Notes: generated by a model from the sequence alone, not told the origin. DNA of 64,000 nt from a bacterium (GCA_035353815.1 DAOQAG010000001.1:17159-81158), one strand, 5' to 3'; shown: positions 45,344-56,168, counted from the stretch's first letter. Numbers and translations are program-made.

Positions 45344-48300
45344 TTAAAAATTGTAGTTCAGCGTGATGCCGAAAAAGATCTGCCGTGGATTGAAGAAATT
45401 GAGAAAGGTCTGATTCGGCATATCGATATAGGCCTTGTCGTCAAGTATCTTTTTAATCTTGCTGTCGGCTACTTTTTGCCACTGGCCCTCGACATACTGC
45501 ATATAACGCCCGGACGGCCCTTCATAGTAGACGGCGCGCGTGCTGGGGGCGGTGACCGTATTCACATCCGATACCCACTCCATCGGTACGAACTCGACAT
45601 CATCGTCCCGGTAATCGCCGGGCTGATCGCTGCCGGGGATATTGTTGTAGCCCAGATGACGGGCAATGGACTGGGGCAGATGGAGCGATTTCATGTAGTA
45701 ATTATAATCATAGATGTCGACGTGGGCATTGCCGGAAAGGTACTTGTAGTTGATGGCATTGTAGACATCGACAAAGCCCTTGAGCTCGACCGGGCCGAGA
45801 TCGAAGGTCTTGGAGAGTTTGAGGTTCAGGCCGTACCAGTCTTTATACTGGGTGTTGTAGCTGATGCCGGCGATATCCTGGGGATTCCAGGTCATCCAGT
45901 AGCCGGCAATCCACTGCGCCGTGGTCGTAAAATGCCAGTCGCCGAGGATCGCGCCGAAATCGGTGGGGGTGTTGAAATCCAGATAAGCCTTGACCCGCGG
46001 CCGCGGCCGCGGTTTGGACTGAACCGGATTGCTCTTGTTGTACTCGCGCTGCGCCGCGGGATCTTCATACTGGTAGGCGCGGCCGAAATAGCCGGAGGTC
46101 TCGACGCGGTATTCATAATTGACGTCGCCCACCAGCCACCGCCCCATCGTGCGGGAGAGATCCACTTCAAAGCCGCGGATATCCTCGTACGAGTTGTTGG
46201 TGTTCTTGTAATAATTGACCTTGCCGTCATAGCTGATGTAGCGGACCGAATAGGCCTGGTCGGTGATATCCTTGTAATAGGCGGCCATGTGCAGCAGGAA
46301 ATTATTAAAGAGGGCATGATCGTAGCCTAACTCATAGGCGACCGTCTTTTCAAAGGGCACCGTCGGATCGCCATAGCGGCTCAGGGCATTGATGCCGGTG
46401 CGCTGCACGCGGTAGAGGCTCTCCGAGGTCGGGATCTGCCGGTAATGGCCGTAGTTGAAATAGAGTTTGGAATTCTCCGTGATCGGATGCGAAATGCTCA
46501 TGCGCGGGCTGAGAATCCAGCGCGGCTTGACATCCTTGGATTTGTACTGCGCATCCAGGTTGCTGGTATATCCCTGGCCAAAAAAGGTCCGGTCATAGGT
46601 GGAGACATTATACCACTGGCTGTTGGGGGTATAATAATCGAGGTTGGCGCCGACAGTGGCAATAAAGCCTTCGTACTCCAGCTTGTCGAGCAGATAAAAG
46701 TTGCCACGGATGGGCTTCTGATTGACATTGTTCCAGAAGTTGCCCTCGGGCAGATAGGCGTTGTAGGCGCCGTAGGAGAGCTTGTAATCATCCATGACCA
46801 CTTCGACGCCGCTCTTGATCTGATTGCGGCGATTGACCTGGCTGACCAGATCGAGTTTGCCGCTGTAGGTCATGTACTTGCTGTAATCGCGGGAGACGCC
46901 GACAGCGCCACCCATCATGAAATCACCGTCGATGCCATAGACCGGCGTGGTGCTGAAGCCGAAGGGGGCTTCATCGACGGAATAGCCGGGGATGATTTCG
47001 TATTTGGCGGTTTCGTCACGATAACCGCCGGGATTGGTGAAGTATTTTTTCTGCGAATATTTCAGCTGGAAATCGTAATAGGTGCTCTTGTTGATAAAGT
47101 GGGTCAGTTTGGAGGAAAAGGTCGAATAGAACCGCGAGGTCGGCGAAAAATAGATGTCGGTGTAGATGCGCGTCGGTACGGTGAATCCCGCAGAGGCCAT
47201 CTGCGCCGCAATATCATCCGGGCTGCTCATGATCGAGGTGCCGCCGGAGAGACTGTAGTTGGTGCCATAGGTTTCACCGTAGAGGCCGCTCAGTGAGAGT
47301 TTCATCGAGGGGGTGATGTCGGCGCCGAGACGCAGCAGGGTGCTCTTGTCGAGCAGATCCTTGCGGGACATTTCAAAAAGGTACTTCTCGCTCTCCTGGC
47401 GCCCGGAGATGAAGAAGCGCAGGTTGCCGAGCTTTTTGCCGATGAGCGGCACCGGGCCGCCAAAGCCGAAATCAGCGAGATAATCGGGTTTGGTGATGTC
47501 GCCCTGCTTGCGGTGCTGCCATTTGAAGATGGTCTGGGCCGCTTGCGGGGTCACATCATTGGTCGGGTCGTCGTCGGTCAGCGAGGTCTGCGAGACGGCA
47601 TTCCAGCCGTCAAACTCGGGATACTGACGCCGCGTATAGGCATCCCAGGCGCCGTTCTTGGTGCCGGTCCAGCAGACGGCATCATCGAGATAGGGGCGCA
47701 GCCAGTACGAATCGGCGCCAAAGGGCGAGACATCGCCGAAATACTTTTTCAGGTAGCTCTTGCCGGAATTCCAGGGCTGGGCGTTGGTCCGAAATGTGAA
47801 GGTGCCGCTGAGACGACTGGGATCGCCCTCGCGGGTGACCACATTGACCAGGCCCGAACGGACGTTGTTGTACTCGGCCCCGAAGCCGCCGGCCTGCACG
47901 GAGACCTGCTTGACGGCACTGAGAGGAACCTTGGCGATCGGGGTATTGTCGCGCTCATCGCGCAACGAGATGCCGTCGACCATAAACAGGGCTTCCTCCG
48001 AACCGCTGCCGCGGATCGAGAGGCCCGAAGTAACACCGGCCTGGATGCCGATGGCCTCGCCCACCGAAGAGATCGGCAGATTCTTGATCTGATCGGAAGT
48101 CACCTGCAGCTCGCTCGCCGCCAGGTCCTTCTGGATCACCGGCCGTTCCGCGCGCACCGTGATCTCTTCGCCCACCAGCGATTGTTCTTTCAGCCGGATA
48201 TTCTGGTTGGTGGTCAGGTCGATATTCACCTTGACCCCGGTGACCGTAACCGGGCTGAAGCCGATGAAAGAGATCTGCAGGTCATACGTTCCCGGCGGAA

Positions 48301-48499
48301 CATTCAGGATGGTGTAGTGGCCATCCAGATCGGTAACCGCGCCAAGGCTCGTGCCTTTGATCAGGACGTTGGCCCCGGGCAACCCCTGGCCCGTGGCCGA
48401 ATCGGTGACCGAGCCGGCGATCTTGCCGGTCGTCCCCGCCAGAATCCAGGTTGCGGAACCGAGTACCAGCAGCAAAACCAGTAGCCGACGAAGCTTCAT
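45344..48499 (-). CDS. SusC/RagA-like TonB-dependent outer-membrane transporter 3 (divergent paralog)
   Basis: The Met at 48499 has a GAGGAGAAA RBS: 'MKLRRLLVLLLVLGSATWILAGTTGKIAGSVTDSATGQGLPGANVLIKG'. TonB box 'EEITVRAERP'; plug '...FMVDGISLRDERDN...GGFGAEYNNVRSGLVNVVTR'; C-terminus '...RQIFFGITLNYNF'. Confidence 0.8.
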   Translation of the reverse strand: MKLRRLLVLLLVLGSATWILAGTTGKIAGSVTDSATGQGLPGANVLIKGTSLGAVTDLDGHYTILNVPPGTYDLQISFIGFSPVTVTGVKVNIDLTTNQNIRLKEQSLVGEEITVRAERPVIQKDLAASELQVTSDQIKNLPISSVGEAIGIQAGVTSGLSIRGSGSEEALFMVDGISLRDERDNTPIAKVPLSAVKQVSVQAGGFGAEYNNVRSGLVNVVTREGDPSRLSGTFTFRTNAQPWNSGKSYLKKYFGDVSPFGADSYWLRPYLDDAVCWTGTKNGAWDAYTRRQYPEFDGWNAVSQTSLTDDDPTNDVTPQAAQTIFKWQHRKQGDITKPDYLADFGFGGPVPLIGKKLGNLRFFISGRQESEKYLFEMSRKDLLDKSTLLRLGADITPSMKLSLSGLYGETYGTNYSLSGGTSIMSSPDDIAAQMASAGFTVPTRIYTDIYFSPTSRFYSTFSSKLTHFINKSTYYDFQLKYSQKKYFTNPGGYRDETAKYEIIPGYSVDEAPFGFSTTPVYGIDGDFMMGGAVGVSRDYSKYMTYSGKLDLVSQVNRRNQIKSGVEVVMDDYKLSYGAYNAYLPEGNFWNNVNQKPIRGNFYLLDKLEYEGFIATVGANLDYYTPNSQWYNVSTYDRTFFGQGYTSNLDAQYKSKDVKPRWILSPRMSISHPITENSKLYFNYGHYRQIPTSESLYRVQRTGINALSRYGDPTVPFEKTVAYELGYDHALFNNFLLHMAAYYKDITDQAYSVRYISYDGKVNYYKNTNNSYEDIRGFEVDLSRTMGRWLVGDVNYEYRVETSGYFGRAYQYEDPAAQREYNKSNPVQSKPRPRPRVKAYLDFNTPTDFGAILGDWHFTTTAQWIAGYWMTWNPQDIAGISYNTQYKDWYGLNLKLSKTFDLGPVELKGFVDVYNAINYKYLSGNAHVDIYDYNYYMKSLHLPQSIARHLGYNNIPGSDQPGDYRDDDVEFVPMEWVSDVNTVTAPSTRAVYYEGPSGRYMQYVEGQWQKVADSKIKKILDDKAYIDMPNQTFLNFFNPRQIFFGITLNYNF

Positions 48500-48820
48500 A
48501 ACGGATTTCTCCTCTTGTTGAAAAGGTAGAGTGAATTGGGGGTATACGTGATGGCTGCCGCGTTGCAGGGCGTCCAGGAAGAGTAAAAAAAGCTGCATGC
48601 CGCTCCTTGCCACGCCCCCACAACGTGGAACATCTTGAAATATGGCGGACACCCATGGAGAGGCGTGATGAGCACACCCTGAAAACCTCCGCTGGCAGTG
48701 GAAGGCAGTTGGTCACTCATTGCTGAGAGCAGTAGTTCGGTGCGAGGCTGATGACCCTGAAATATCCTAGGATCAATATTCATAGTCTACCACTTTTCCC
48801 CCACAAAGTCAATACTTTTA

Positions 48821-50167
48821 TTAAAGCAGATCACTCGCCAGTTCGGCCAGCGGCGACCGCTCCCCCTTTTCCAGCGTGACATGGGCATACATCCCATGAC
48901 CGTGCATGCGGTTGATCAGATAATTCAGCCCGGTCGACCGGCTGTCGAGGTAGGGGGTGTCGATCTGCGAGGGATCGCCGGTGAATACCACTTTGGTGCC
49001 CTCCCCCGCCCGGGTGATGATCGTTTTGATCTCGTGCGGCGTCAGATTCTGCGCTTCGTCGACGATGAAATAGATATGATCGAGACTGCGGCCGCGAATA
49101 TAGGCCAGCGGCGCAATCTCGAGCTTGCCGCTCTCGAGCATTTCGCCAATGCGCTGCGCCCGCTCATCACTCTCCTTGAACTGGTTGCGGATGACGCCGA
49201 GATTGTCATAGAGGGGCTGCATATAGGGATCGAGCTTGGATTCGATGTCACCGGGCAAATAGCCAAGATCCTTGTTCGACAGGGCCACCACCGGCCGCGC
49301 CAGAAAGATCTGCCGGTACTCCTTGCGGCGCTCAAGCGCAGCCGCCAGGGTCAGCAAGGTCTTGCCGGTGCCGGCCTTGCCGCTCAAGGTCACCAGCGGC
49401 ACCGCGGGATTGAGCAGGGCGTGCAGGGCAAAAGACTGCTCGGCATTGCGCGGCGTAATGCCGTAGGCCTGCAGCTTTTCGACACGTTCGAGCATTTGGG
49501 ATTGGGGATTGTAGCAGGCAAGCACCGATTTGCTGGCGTTGCGGAGGATAAAGTATTCGTTGGCTACAGGATCTTCGATCTCCGCTTCGGCAGCAGCGAT
49601 TTCAAAGGGGGTGGCAAAGAGTCGGTTAATGATCTCCGGATTGACTTCCTCGATCAACCGCTTGCCGCGGTAGAGTTTGTCGATATCCTTGATCTTGTCG
49701 GTGGTATAATCCTGGGATTCCAGTCCCAGAGCACGCGCCTTGAGCCGCAGGTTGACATCCTTGCTGACCAGAATGACCTGGGCGGCGCGTCCGGATTTTT
49801 GCAGGGAGAGAGCGGCACTGAGGATGCGATGGTCGGGGCTCTGTTCCAGGAACGCCCGATGGACTTCCGGCTCTTCATCAAAGAGGGTGAGAATGGAGAT
49901 ATGGCCACGCCCTTCGCCGAGGCTCACACCCCCCTTGACCAAGGCATCGCCGGGGAAGGTATCGAGCAAACGGACAAATTCCCGGGCGTGATAGTTGATA
50001 AGATCCTGACCCCGTTTGAAGGCGTCGATCTCTTCAATGACGGTGATCGGGATGACAATGTCGTTTTCCTGGAAAAAAAAGATACAGCCGGAATCATGCA
50101 GAATAACATTTGTATCAAGGACAAAGGTCTTCTTCAACGCCTCCTCCTGCGCACACTCCATTAGCAC
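48821..50167 (-). CDS. PhoH-like ATPase with an N-terminal PIN domain (PhoH2/YlaK family)
   Basis: PIN '[11 protein letters not shown] ... [10 protein letters not shown]' and PhoH Walker A '[18 protein letters not shown]'. Confidence 0.85.
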   Translation of the reverse strand: MLMECAQEEALKKTFVLDTNVILHDSGCIFFFQENDIVIPITVIEEIDAFKRGQDLINYHAREFVRLLDTFPGDALVKGGVSLGEGRGHISILTLFDEEPEVHRAFLEQSPDHRILSAALSLQKSGRAAQVILVSKDVNLRLKARALGLESQDYTTDKIKDIDKLYRGKRLIEEVNPEIINRLFATPFEIAAAEAEIEDPVANEYFILRNASKSVLACYNPQSQMLERVEKLQAYGITPRNAEQSFALHALLNPAVPLVTLSGKAGTGKTLLTLAAALERRKEYRQIFLARPVVALSNKDLGYLPGDIESKLDPYMQPLYDNLGVIRNQFKESDERAQRIGEMLESGKLEIAPLAYIRGRSLDHIYFIVDEAQNLTPHEIKTIITRAGEGTKVVFTGDPSQIDTPYLDSRSTGLNYLINRMHGHGMYAHVTLEKGERSPLAELASDLL

Positions 50168-50273
50168 GGTAAAATAATAGTAAAATTAAAAATATGCAAG
50201 TTTTTTCTACCCGGCCGCCGCAAAACCTTTCCGGCTGCCACGCCGCTGGGTAAAACCCGGTTTAGCAAGATAG

Positions 50274-50474
50274 CGGGTACGGATACAACCAGCATACCTT
50301 GCCGGATTCCACTTCAGCTAAACCTGCTGCGGTAAAAAGGCGGACACGGGTACAGCCGGCATACCTTGCCGGATTCCACTTCAGCTAAACCCGCTGCGGT
50401 AAAAAGGCGGACACGGGTACAGCCGGCATACCTTGCCGGATTCCACTTCAGCTAAACCCGCTGCGGTAAAAAGG
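50274..50474. repeat. Three tandem ~67-bp direct repeats (copies 2 and 3 identical, copy 1 degenerate at its 5' end), each containing the palindrome CCGGCA-TACCT-TGCCGG
   Basis: The unit CGGACACGGGTACAGCCGGCATACCTTGCCGGATTCCACTTCAGCTAAACCCGCTGCGGTAAAAAGG occurs at 50341-50407 and 50408-50474, with a degenerate copy at about 50274-50340. It lies in the divergent intergenic region directly upstream of the -35 element of the PHP-UvrD gene. Confidence 0.85.
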
Positions 50475-50503
50475 TTGGCACTCTGCGAAAAAATGCGTAT
50501 ATT
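50475..50503 (+). promoter_or_regulatory. Sigma-70-like promoter (TTGGCA-N17-TATATT) for the PHP-UvrD gene
   Basis: TTGGCA at 50475-50480, a 17-nt spacer, TATATT at 50498-50503, about 55 nt before the ATG at 50559. Confidence 0.45.
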
Positions 50504-50558
50504 AAAGTATTCTCAGCATCCCGTCATTTCCTTCCAATCCGCAGAGGCCCCCGGCGTC

Positions 50559-53534
50559 ATGAGGTTTGTCGCTGATCTCCATATCCATTCCCGCTATTCC
50601 CGCGCCACCAGCAGCCAGCTGGTCCCGGAGCAGCTCTGGCGTTGGAGCCAGCTCAAGGGCGTTCAGGTCATTGCCACCGGGGATATCAGCCATCCCGCCT
50701 GGCTCGAGGAGCTGCGCGCCGCACTGGATCCGGCCCCGGCTGCCGAAGGTCTGTTCACCCTGAAACCCGCCATTGCCGCAAATCTCGCCGCGGCTGTGCC
50801 CCCCGCCTGCCACCGGGAGACCTTTTTTATCCTCTCCGGGGAAATCAGCAGCATCTATAAAAAGGATGGCGCGGTACGCAAGGTCCATTCGGTGGTCTTC
50901 CTCCCCGGCTTTGACGCCGCCGCACGGTTCCAGCAGCGCCTCGAACGGATCGGCAATATCCGCTCCGACGGCCGGCCCATCCTCGGTCTCGATGCCCATG
51001 ACCTGCTGGAGATCGTCCTCGAAACCGATCCCGGGGCGCGTCTTGTTCCGGCGCACATCTGGACGCCGTGGTTTTCGGTGCTCGGCTCGCAGTCGGGATT
51101 CGATTCCCTCACGGCCTGTTTCGGCGACCTAACTTCGTATCTTTTCGCGGTCGAAACCGGCCTCTCCTCCGATCCGCCCATGAACTGGCGCCTCTCGATG
51201 CTCGACAACCTGACGCTGATCTCCAATTCCGACGCCCATTCCCCGGAAAAACTCGGCCGTGAGGCCAACCTCTTCGACACCGAGCTCTCCTACCCCGCCC
51301 TCTTTGCCGCGCTCGCCGGCCAAAACGACGGCACCTTTCTCGGCACCATCGAGTTTTTCCCCGAAGAGGGCAAATATCACATGGATGGCCACCGCAAGTG
51401 CAGCCAGATGATGCGCCCCCCCGAGACCCTCCGCCACAGCGGCCTCTGCCCGGTTTGCGGCAAGCCGGCCACGCTTGGGGTCAGTTACCGCGTCGAGGAA
51501 CTGGCGGATCGCCCGGAGGGCTTCCGGCCGGAGGGCGCGCGGGCCTTCCACAGCCTGATTCCCCTGACTGAACTGCTCGGCGAGGTCTATAGCACCGGCC
51601 CGGCCAGCAAAAAGGTGCAGGGTCTCTATCACGCCCTGCTGCGCGATCTTGGCCCCGAGCTGTCGATCCTGATGGAGATTCCCTTGCTGGAACTCGAGCG
51701 CACCGCAGGCCCCATGGTGGCTGAAGCCATCCGCCGCATGCGCAGCGGTCAGATCGACGCCCAACCCGGCTACGACGGCGAATATGGCCACATCGCGTTG
51801 TTCAAACCCGATGAGCGCGCCCGTTGGCTGCAGCAGGCCGCCCTCTTTACCCCACCCTCGGCTCCTGTTCTGGCGCCTGAAGCCGTACCGTCTACGGGCG
51901 ACAACCACTCCCGCAGAAAACGGCAGCGCGCCGCCGAGGAGACCCCCGGCCCCTGGGGCCTCAATGCCGAACAGCTTGCCGCCGTGGCCCATCGCGACAC
52001 CCCCCTCATTCTCCGCGCCGGCCCCGGCACCGGCAAAACCCGGACCCTGACCAGCCGGATCGCCCGCCTGCTGGCGGAGGAGTACGCCCGCCCCGAGGAA
52101 TGCCTCGCCATCACCTTTACCCGCAAAGCCGCCGCCGAGATGCGCTCACGCCTGGAACAGATGATCGGAGCGGAAAAAACCGCCGCCCTGCGCATCCACA
52201 CCTTTCACGGCTTCGGTCAAGAAATCCTCAGCGCGGCCGGCGAGTGCTTTGGCCGGCACCCCGGATTCCACCTCATCGATGCCGAAAACGACGAATCCTT
52301 CCGCCAGGCCGTCTCGACGCGCTGCGGCGAGCGGCTCAGCGCGACCGCCCTGCAGCGCATTTCCGCCCTCAAGGGACTGCTCTACACTCCGGACACCCTG
52401 CCGGAGGAACTCGCCCACACCCTGCCGGCTGCCCTGCCCGCCCTTTTCCGCACCTATGAGAGCCTGCTCGTAGAATGGAATGGCGTTGATTTTGATGACC
52501 TGATCGCCCTGCCGGTACGCCTCCTCCGCTTCGACGCCGAACTGCGCCGCCGCCAGCTCGAGCGGGTCCAGGTCATCGCCGTCGATGAATTCCAGGACAT
52601 CAATACCGCCCAGTACGAACTCTTTCTCCTCTTTGCCCTGCACGCCCGTGATGTCTGCGTCATCGGCGATCCAGATCAGTCGATCTATGGTTTTCGCGGC
52701 GCGAGCCCCGAATTCTTCGAGCGCATGCAGCAGGATTTCCCCACCGCGAGCCGCATGAACCTGCGCCAGAATTACCGCTCCACGCGGCCCATTCTTGCCG
52801 CATCGTCCGCCATGCTGCGCCAGGGCGCGGCGCCTGCCCCCGAGGATATGCTGATCGCCCGCCTCGAGTCGGACCTGCGGATCCAGCTGCACACCGCGCC
52901 TTCGGATCTGGCCGAAGCGATATTTGTCGTGCAGGAGATCGAATCCCTGATGGGTGGGACGAGTCACTTGGCCCTGGACAGCAGCACCGCACCGGCAGGC
53001 GACGGAAGTTACAGCTTTGGCGACTTTGCCGTTCTGCTGCGCAGCCGCTTGCTCGCCGCGCCCCTGGAGGAAGCCTTTGCCCGGAGCGGATTGCCCTTCA
53101 AACGCCTCGATGACGAGTATGAAAAGGATCGCGCCGATTTGGCCCGCGGCGCAACCGCCGGCACCGTGGCAACCAGCGAACCCGCTGCAGCGGGCCTTGA
53201 TCCGCGCGGCGACCGCATTCAATGCCTGACGCTGCATGCCGCGAAGGGGCTGGAGTTCCCGGTGGTCTTTATCATCGGTTGCGAGGAGAACCTCATTCCT
53301 TTTTCCCTCGGCGGCGGTGGCGATCTGGAGGAAGAACGCCGGCTTTTTTATGTCGGCATGACCCGGGCCCGCGAGCGCCTCTACCTGACCAACGCCCGGC
53401 AGCGCATGCTGCGCGGCCAGCGCCATCTCCAGACCCCCTCGCGCTTTCTCGAGGACATCGGCCGCCCGCTGCTGCAACGGCATCATGCTGCGCGGCAGCG
53501 GCGCACCCCCAGCGATCAAATGAATCTTTTCTGA
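50559..53534 (+). CDS. Fusion protein: an N-terminal PHP-family phosphoesterase domain (TIGR00375-like, with a CxxC...CxxC zinc ribbon) joined to a C-terminal UvrD/PcrA-type superfamily-1 helicase
   Basis: I chose the Met at 50559 because '[18 protein letters not shown]' is a typical PHP start. PHP His/Asp motifs 'IWTPWFSV' and '[18 protein letters not shown]'; zinc ribbon '[11 protein letters not shown]'. Helicase motifs: I 'AGPGTGKT', Ia '[10 protein letters not shown]', II 'VDEFQDIN', III '[13 protein letters not shown]', IV 'QNYRS', V '[17 protein letters not shown]', VI '[14 protein letters not shown]'. Confidence 0.75.
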   Translation: MRFVADLHIHSRYSRATSSQLVPEQLWRWSQLKGVQVIATGDISHPAWLEELRAALDPAPAAEGLFTLKPAIAANLAAAVPPACHRETFFILSGEISSIYKKDGAVRKVHSVVFLPGFDAAARFQQRLERIGNIRSDGRPILGLDAHDLLEIVLETDPGARLVPAHIWTPWFSVLGSQSGFDSLTACFGDLTSYLFAVETGLSSDPPMNWRLSMLDNLTLISNSDAHSPEKLGREANLFDTELSYPALFAALAGQNDGTFLGTIEFFPEEGKYHMDGHRKCSQMMRPPETLRHSGLCPVCGKPATLGVSYRVEELADRPEGFRPEGARAFHSLIPLTELLGEVYSTGPASKKVQGLYHALLRDLGPELSILMEIPLLELERTAGPMVAEAIRRMRSGQIDAQPGYDGEYGHIALFKPDERARWLQQAALFTPPSAPVLAPEAVPSTGDNHSRRKRQRAAEETPGPWGLNAEQLAAVAHRDTPLILRAGPGTGKTRTLTSRIARLLAEEYARPEECLAITFTRKAAAEMRSRLEQMIGAEKTAALRIHTFHGFGQEILSAAGECFGRHPGFHLIDAENDESFRQAVSTRCGERLSATALQRISALKGLLYTPDTLPEELAHTLPAALPALFRTYESLLVEWNGVDFDDLIALPVRLLRFDAELRRRQLERVQVIAVDEFQDINTAQYELFLLFALHARDVCVIGDPDQSIYGFRGASPEFFERMQQDFPTASRMNLRQNYRSTRPILAASSAMLRQGAAPAPEDMLIARLESDLRIQLHTAPSDLAEAIFVVQEIESLMGGTSHLALDSSTAPAGDGSYSFGDFAVLLRSRLLAAPLEEAFARSGLPFKRLDDEYEKDRADLARGATAGTVATSEPAAAGLDPRGDRIQCLTLHAAKGLEFPVVFIIGCEENLIPFSLGGGGDLEEERRLFYVGMTRARERLYLTNARQRMLRGQRHLQTPSRFLEDIGRPLLQRHHAARQRRTPSDQMNLF

Positions 53535-53545
53535 CAGGATGACGT

Positions 53546-54586
53546 ATGAAACCTATCGATTTGCGCAGTGATACCGTTACCAAACCGACCCCGGAAATGC
53601 GCGCCGCCATTGCCGCCGCTGAGGTAGGGGATGATGTTTTCGGCGAGGACCCGACGGTCAACCGGCTCCAGGCCAGGGTCGCCGCTCTCTTGGGCAAGGA
53701 AGCGGCCCTCTATGTCAGCAGCGGCACCCAGAGCAATCAGCTGGCGATCAAGAGCCATACCGAACCGGGTCACGAAATTTATTGCGAAGAGAACGGCCAT
53801 ATCTTCAACTATGAGGCCGGCGCCCCCGCCGCCCTGTCGGGCGTGCAGGTCCGCCCCCTGCCCGGTGTGCGCGGGGCCATCACCGCCGCCCAGATCGAGG
53901 CGGTGCTGCGGCCACCGGACCACCACAATCCCCAGTCCCGCCTGGTGGTGCTCGAAAATACCCACAACCGCGCCGGCGGTGCGATCTTTCCCTTTGCCGA
54001 GATCGAAAAGATCCACACCCTGACCCGGCAAAAGGGGCTCGCCCTCCATCTCGATGGCGCGCGGCTCTGGAATGCCCATGTGGCCACCGGCATCCCCTTG
54101 CTGGAGTACGGCCGTCTCTTCGATTCGATCTCGGTGTGCCTCTCCAAGGGATTGGGAGCCCCGGTGGGCTCGGTGCTCACGGGATCGGCTGAATTTATCG
54201 ACCGCGCCCACCGCTACCGCAAAATGTGGGGCGGCGGCATGCGCCAGGCCGGCCTGCTCGCCGCAGCCGGCCTCTACGCCCTCGACCATCATATCGCACG
54301 CCTCGCCGACGATCATCGCCATGCGCGACAGATTGCCGATACTTTTTTAAAATTTCCGCCGATCGAGGTCGATCTCGAAGCGACGCAAACCAATATCGTC
54401 ATCGTCGAGCTGAGAAAAAGTGGATTAAATGCGCCCGATTTGGTTGTTAAACTGAAAGACAAGGGTGTGCTTTGCCTGGCCACGGCCCCGACCCGCCTGC
54501 GTCTCGTCACCCATCTCGACGCCGACGATATGGCGATCACCGAGGCCTGCGGCTTGATCGAGACCGTCCTGCGCAACCTGTTGTAA
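53546..54586 (+). CDS. ltaE: Low-specificity L-threonine aldolase
   Basis: '[38 protein letters not shown] ... [11 protein letters not shown] ... [14 protein letters not shown]' includes the PLP-Lys motif. Confidence 0.85.
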   Translation: MKPIDLRSDTVTKPTPEMRAAIAAAEVGDDVFGEDPTVNRLQARVAALLGKEAALYVSSGTQSNQLAIKSHTEPGHEIYCEENGHIFNYEAGAPAALSGVQVRPLPGVRGAITAAQIEAVLRPPDHHNPQSRLVVLENTHNRAGGAIFPFAEIEKIHTLTRQKGLALHLDGARLWNAHVATGIPLLEYGRLFDSISVCLSKGLGAPVGSVLTGSAEFIDRAHRYRKMWGGGMRQAGLLAAAGLYALDHHIARLADDHRHARQIADTFLKFPPIEVDLEATQTNIVIVELRKSGLNAPDLVVKLKDKGVLCLATAPTRLRLVTHLDADDMAITEACGLIETVLRNLL

Positions 54587-54655
54587 GAGCAACCTATAAT
54601 TCACACGCTCCATCATCCATCAACCAACCCTTTTCAAAAAGGCCCGTTTCCACCT

Positions 54656-55540
54656 ATGCCAACGCAAGTGCAGCTCATGACCAAGAAAAAAAAGAAAAAA
54701 CCTGCCGAGACCAGGACCAAGGAATCGATTGAAAAGTACCTGGAGGAGATCGGCGGCTTTTCGCCGCTCCCCCCGGAAGAAGAGATCGCTTTGGCCCGGC
54801 GTATTCGCAAAGGCGACGAAGAAGCCCTGGACAAGCTCGTCAAAGCCAATCTGCGCTTTGTCATCAGCGTCGCCAAGGAATACCAGGGTCAGGGATTGCC
54901 CCTCCAGGATCTGATCAGCGAGGGAAATCTCGGCCTCATCAAGGCCGCACAGCGGTTCGATGAGACCAGAGGCTTCAAATTCATCTCCTACGCCGTCTGG
55001 TGGATCCGGCAATCGATCCTGCAAGCTCTGGCTGAACAGTCCCGCGTGGTGCGCCTCCCCCTCAACCGTGTCGGAGCGATTAACAAGGTCGGCCGCGCCC
55101 TCGAAGCCCTCGAGAAAGAATACGGCCGCGAACCCAGCATGGATGAAATCGCCACCCGCATGGAAATGAGCTCCTTTGAAGTGGCGGATGTCCTCAAGAC
55201 CTCCGCACGTCATCTCTCTCTCGACGAACCGTTCAAGGAGGATGAGGGCAACAGTCTCCTCGACGTGCTCGAAAGCGACCGCTACGAGCCCCCCGATGGC
55301 ACCCTGATGCGCTCCTCCTTGCGTGAAGAGATCGAGAAGGTTCTCTCCACCCTCAAACCGCGCGAAGCGGAAATAGTCAAACTCTATTTTGGGCTGGATG
55401 GCGACCGTCCCTTGACTCTCGAGGAGATCGGCGAATACTTCACCCTGACGCGCGAGCGCGTGCGCCAGATCAAGGAGAAAGCCCTGCGCCGACTGCGTCA
55501 CCGTTCGCGGCTCGAGCCGCTGCGAAAATACCTCGGCTGA
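54656..55540 (+). CDS. RNA polymerase sigma-70 family factor, sigma-A/RpoD-like (paralog 2, 294 aa, ~65% identical to the 3423..4283 product)
   Basis: '[71 protein letters not shown]' and region 4 '[29 protein letters not shown]'. A Lys-rich N-terminal tail '[15 protein letters not shown]' precedes them. Confidence 0.85.
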   Translation: MPTQVQLMTKKKKKKPAETRTKESIEKYLEEIGGFSPLPPEEEIALARRIRKGDEEALDKLVKANLRFVISVAKEYQGQGLPLQDLISEGNLGLIKAAQRFDETRGFKFISYAVWWIRQSILQALAEQSRVVRLPLNRVGAINKVGRALEALEKEYGREPSMDEIATRMEMSSFEVADVLKTSARHLSLDEPFKEDEGNSLLDVLESDRYEPPDGTLMRSSLREEIEKVLSTLKPREAEIVKLYFGLDGDRPLTLEEIGEYFTLTRERVRQIKEKALRRLRHRSRLEPLRKYLG

Positions 55541-55545
55541 AATGC

Positions 55546-55578
55546 AAAAGCCCTGTCACATGACAGGGCTTTTTTTTG
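55546..55578. terminator. Rho-independent terminator after sigma paralog 2 (between convergent genes)
   Basis: Perfect stem AGCCCTGTCA / TGACAGGGCT with a 2-nt loop, followed by eight T residues. Confidence 0.75.
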
Positions 55579-55595
55579 ACGCGGTGGTCCTGAAC

Positions 55596-56168
55596 TCAGA
55601 CCTTGCGGCTCCCCGGCTTGACGACGGGAATCCCCTGGGTGCAAAGGGGACAGACCTCGGGCGGGTGGGTGACCACCTCCATCCTCAGTGCCGCAAAAAA
55701 AGGCACATCAAACTGCGCCCGGCCGGCACTGCGGTCGACGATAAAGGCCGCACCTTTCACCTCGGCGCCGGCCTCGCGCGCCAGGGCGATCACCTCCTGG
55801 ACCGAGCCGCCGGTGGTCACGACATCCTCGACCGCCAGGCACTTTTCGCCGCGGTTAATTTCAAAACCGCGGCGCAGGGTCATCCGGTTCTCTTCGCGCT
55901 CGGCAAAGATCGCCCGGCAACCCAGCAGCCGTGCCACCTCCTGACCGACGACGATCCCGCCGATGGCCGGCGAGAGCACCACCTCGATCCCCTCCCCGCG
56001 AAAACGCTCGGCGATCAGCCGGCAAAAGGTCTCGGCATGCTGCGGGTACTGCAGCACCTTGGCGCACTGGAAATAGTTGGGGCTGTGCAGACCCGAGGTG
56101 AGGCGGAAGTGGCCCTCCAGCAGCGCGCCGCTCTCCTTGAAAATTGTCAATGCCTCGTCGTTGGTCAT
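55596..56168 (-). CDS. pyrE: Orotate phosphoribosyltransferase
   Basis: From the Met at 56168 (GGAGAA RBS): 'MTNDEALTIFKESGALLEGHFRLTSGLHSPNYFQCAKVL ... LAVEDVVTTGGS' contains the PRPP-binding motif. The longer ORF (to 56555) is an Arg/Pro-rich extension. Confidence 0.85.
   Translation of the reverse strand: MTNDEALTIFKESGALLEGHFRLTSGLHSPNYFQCAKVLQYPQHAETFCRLIAERFRGEGIEVVLSPAIGGIVVGQEVARLLGCRAIFAEREENRMTLRRGFEINRGEKCLAVEDVVTTGGSVQEVIALAREAGAEVKGAAFIVDRSAGRAQFDVPFFAALRMEVVTHPPEVCPLCTQGIPVVKPGSRKV

Noticed and set aside
50274-50474. Possible CRISPR array
   Set aside because: There are only three contiguous 67-bp units with no unique spacers, and a palindrome centred inside each unit. This is a tandem repeat or operator array, not CRISPR.
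52146-53519. 457-aa minus-strand ORF
   Set aside because: It is antisense to the UvrD-helicase half of the PHP-UvrD gene, which carries all seven SF1 motifs.
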